Origin: a virus
Lineage: Duplodnaviria; Caudoviricetes
DNA: 56,257 nucleotides
Direction: 5' to 3' (one strand)
Virus record (IMG/VR): IMGVR_UViG_3300027754_002235
Coordinates: 1-56,257 of that record
Part shown: one piece after another, positions 56,218 through 56,257 of the stretch
How the letters are laid out: every line of letters starts with the position of its first letter
How positions within the stretch are numbered: the first letter of the stretch is position 1
Notes under the pieces: model-generated
Seen by the model: only the letters and a program-made list of their open reading frames with translations
Database searches by the model: none
Told to the model about the DNA's origin: nothing
Translations under genes and position numbers: made by a program

Positions 56218-56257
56218 GCATTACCCTTAAGAATATTACCCTTCGCAATTTCCTTTC
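56214..56257 (+). CDS. gp46: Recombination ATPase gp46/Rad50/SbcC-like, N-terminus only
   Basis: ATGA overlap with the gp47 stop; MSITLKNITLRNFLS matches the NFLS start typical of gp46. Confidence 0.75.
   Translation, partial: MSITLKNITLRNFL

Noticed and set aside
1-56257. tRNA/rRNA genes, integrase, transposase, introns, inteins, alternative genetic code
   Set aside because: Intergenic gaps are too short and no such motifs were seen; long ORFs tile the window under the standard code.

Overview
AT-rich segment of a large T4-related (myovirus-like, probably jumbo) phage genome. The right part holds a gp55-like late sigma factor and gp47/gp46-like recombination nuclease genes on the + strand, diverging from a minus-strand baseplate module (gp48/54-like, gp53, hub, gp5, gp25, gp6, a 5,965-aa repeat-rich structural protein, and fibre-like proteins). 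Directly downstream lies a ~19 kb cluster (1916-21178) of sugar-nucleotide, glycosyltransferase-like and tailoring enzymes: four radical SAM proteins, a carbamoyltransferase, a sulfotransferase-like protein, a UDP-sugar dehydrogenase-methyltransferase fusion, a nucleotidyltransferase-cupin fusion, a 2OG-Fe(II) oxygenase, a TPR-glycosyltransferase and a 1,178-aa repeat protein. T4-type late promoter motifs head the cluster, so it is the best candidate for an undescribed system (virion glycosylation and glycan tailoring). The left end carries a PlcP/LpxH2-like phosphoesterase behind a Pho-box-like repeat, small membrane proteins, a GNAT-like protein and an apparent tmRNA 3' remnant. All family calls come from motif recognition by eye; no searches were run.
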